Positions 62,700 through 64,000 of a DNA stretch of 64,000 nucleotides are shown piece by piece. The notes under the pieces are model-generated. The model had not been told where the DNA came from and searched no databases. It saw nothing but the letters and a program-made list of their open reading frames with translations. Position 1 is the stretch's first letter. Every line of letters starts with the position of its first letter. A program made the translations under genes and the position numbers. This DNA comes from Eukaryota sp. TZLM1-RC (taxonomy: Eukaryota; Protista; Metamonada: BaSk clade), in NCBI GenBank assembly GCA_040285825.1, contig JAUPSS010000006.1, forward strand, positions 1,460,070 through 1,524,069. Reading direction: 5' to 3'.

Positions 62700-63489
62700 A
62701 TGGTATCTCAATAATTATTCCAGTTTAAAATAAATTAAAGTATTATAAAATATAGAACTATTTACAATAGAGTGTCTAAATTGATATAATACATTCCCTC
62801 TACCACGATACTGAAGATTTTGTGAACTGGGTCCATCCAAGCAGTGATCAGTTGGTGATACAATTTTGTTCATGGTTTTGTGCTGTTGCCAGCATAAATT
62901 TTGTAAATAGACGGCTTAACCTCAAGGAAATTGTGTAAATTTTAATTCAGAAACAGAATTATGTATATGGGTTAGATTCTTCCAGTATTTCCTCAAATGA
63001 GAATATTTTGTTCAATAAGTACTGTGTGCAAATACTGTGTAATATGAATATAATATACTATATCATAATAATTATATTGTGCAACCTTGCCAATCAAAAT
63101 GTGTTTAATATACAAGTCTTGGATCATTTCCGTTTAAAGCATTTGTTGAACTCAATCAATCAGCTTGATAGTCTAGTATGGGAAATATATGGTTTTGAAT
63201 GCTCAATACAAAACGACTGATCAAGATCGAATGTACTTTCTTTGAAGATTTCTAAATCATTTGAAGAATTGAGATCTATGGCCCGTGTTCTTCCTGATGC
63301 CCAAGAAGCAAAATCTTGTTCAATTCTTCAACTGCTTATTCTTCCTCCTGTAAGGTTTTAACTGCACTATTTTGTTCTCGTTTCTGCTTTTCAATGGTCA
63401 CATCATTCTGAAACAGATGAATCAATTTCATTGAGTACTGTTATCTCTTTGACCATGGAAATCATTCAGTTTCTGCTTCATCTTGATAA

Positions 63490-64000
63490 TGTTGTTGTTG
63501 AACTCAAATTGAATTAGTAAGTCTTTGTATTTCGACTGATGACGTGATACTCATTTATGAATCCAGTTTATTAATAAACAACAGATTTCTCTCCTTCTGA
63601 ATTTCATCTTACTTCTAACGGCATCAATAATTATTGGCCCTTCTTGTTGGCTATTCCTCTGTTAACCTGACGTCTCTTTCTTCCCATGAAAGAGTTGAAA
63701 GAAGTGTTCTTCTGTTCCTATAGGAGTGAAAGATTTATTCTTCGGTGACTCTAAGAAAGAGCTTGTTCAGCAAGACTCTTGGTCCCTCTTTTCTGTTAGA
63801 GTCCTATCTCTCCAGAAATCCGACTGCTGATCGAGCGATGTTCTTCTCAGACATCACAATCTGTCGTAGTTCGCCATGTACGAAGATTTTAGTCTGGCTA
63901 TCCAGAACGATGCTTTATGTCCGTGACGTCCGAGAACGTATGTCCTGTTACCTGCGTTTTCCAGGTAAAGTAGGGCTTCCCAGTGAAGTTGCCAGACATA
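63490..64000. other. Non-array sequence: unique flank or chimeric contig end
   Basis: Similarity to the array ends abruptly after ctgcttcatcttgataat. GC is visibly higher and there is no match elsewhere in the window. Confidence 0.6.

Larger units (their letters stand above)
1..63490 (+). repeat. Irregular head-to-tail tandem array with variable 8-14 kb units and internal 1.8 kb duplications
   Basis: The same modules recur in the same orientation. The RT motif LDFKNAFNS appears at about 5700, 19823, 30209, 40380, 54218 and 62129. The marker aaaaacgtctgagtgaat appears at 1345, 13563, 15422, 25818, 35981 and 49900. Confidence 0.97.

Noticed and set aside
51000-63490. Apparent higher divergence, as if these were older copies at the array end
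   Set aside because: Homopolymer collapse and random indels increase progressively, consistent with falling read coverage rather than evolution.
1-63490. Endogenous virus, Polinton or plasmid concatemer
   Set aside because: No capsid, pPolB, integrase, packaging ATPase or Rep motifs were recognised and there are no terminal inverted repeats. The units are structurally heterogeneous.
1-64000. CRISPR array, rRNA/tRNA/SL-RNA genes or telomeric repeats
   Set aside because: No short regularly spaced repeats, recognisable structural RNA motifs or TTAGGG-type tracts were seen.

Overview
AT-rich (roughly 30% GC by eye), apparently intron-poor DNA, most likely from a microbial eukaryote. Positions 1-63490 form one irregular head-to-tail tandem array. 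The fullest unit is about 14 kb (35852-49773); the others are deletion, duplication or recombinant variants, with RT-marker spacings of about 14.1, 10.4, 10.2, 13.8 and 7.9 kb. The array carries 11 full or partial copies of one large gene (about 3.2-3.4 kb, about 1000-1100 aa). After correcting homopolymer frameshifts by comparing copies, the protein shows a colinear series of motifs resembling the SAMD9/SAMD9L STAND-NTPase family; this comparison is from memory, not a search. The gene occurs with two alternative N-termini, and one looks like a Schlafen/AlbA_2 nuclease domain. Between the genes lie fragments of several subfamilies of RLE-type (CRE-clade-like) non-LTR retrotransposons in both orientations, plus decayed pseudogenes of a host multigene family. 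Many substitutions between copies are CpG transitions. Most frameshifts sit in homopolymers and differ between copies, so they look like long-read errors, and quality drops sharply after about 51 kb. I saw no rRNA, tRNA, CRISPR or telomeric repeats. Boundaries were read by eye and are approximate.
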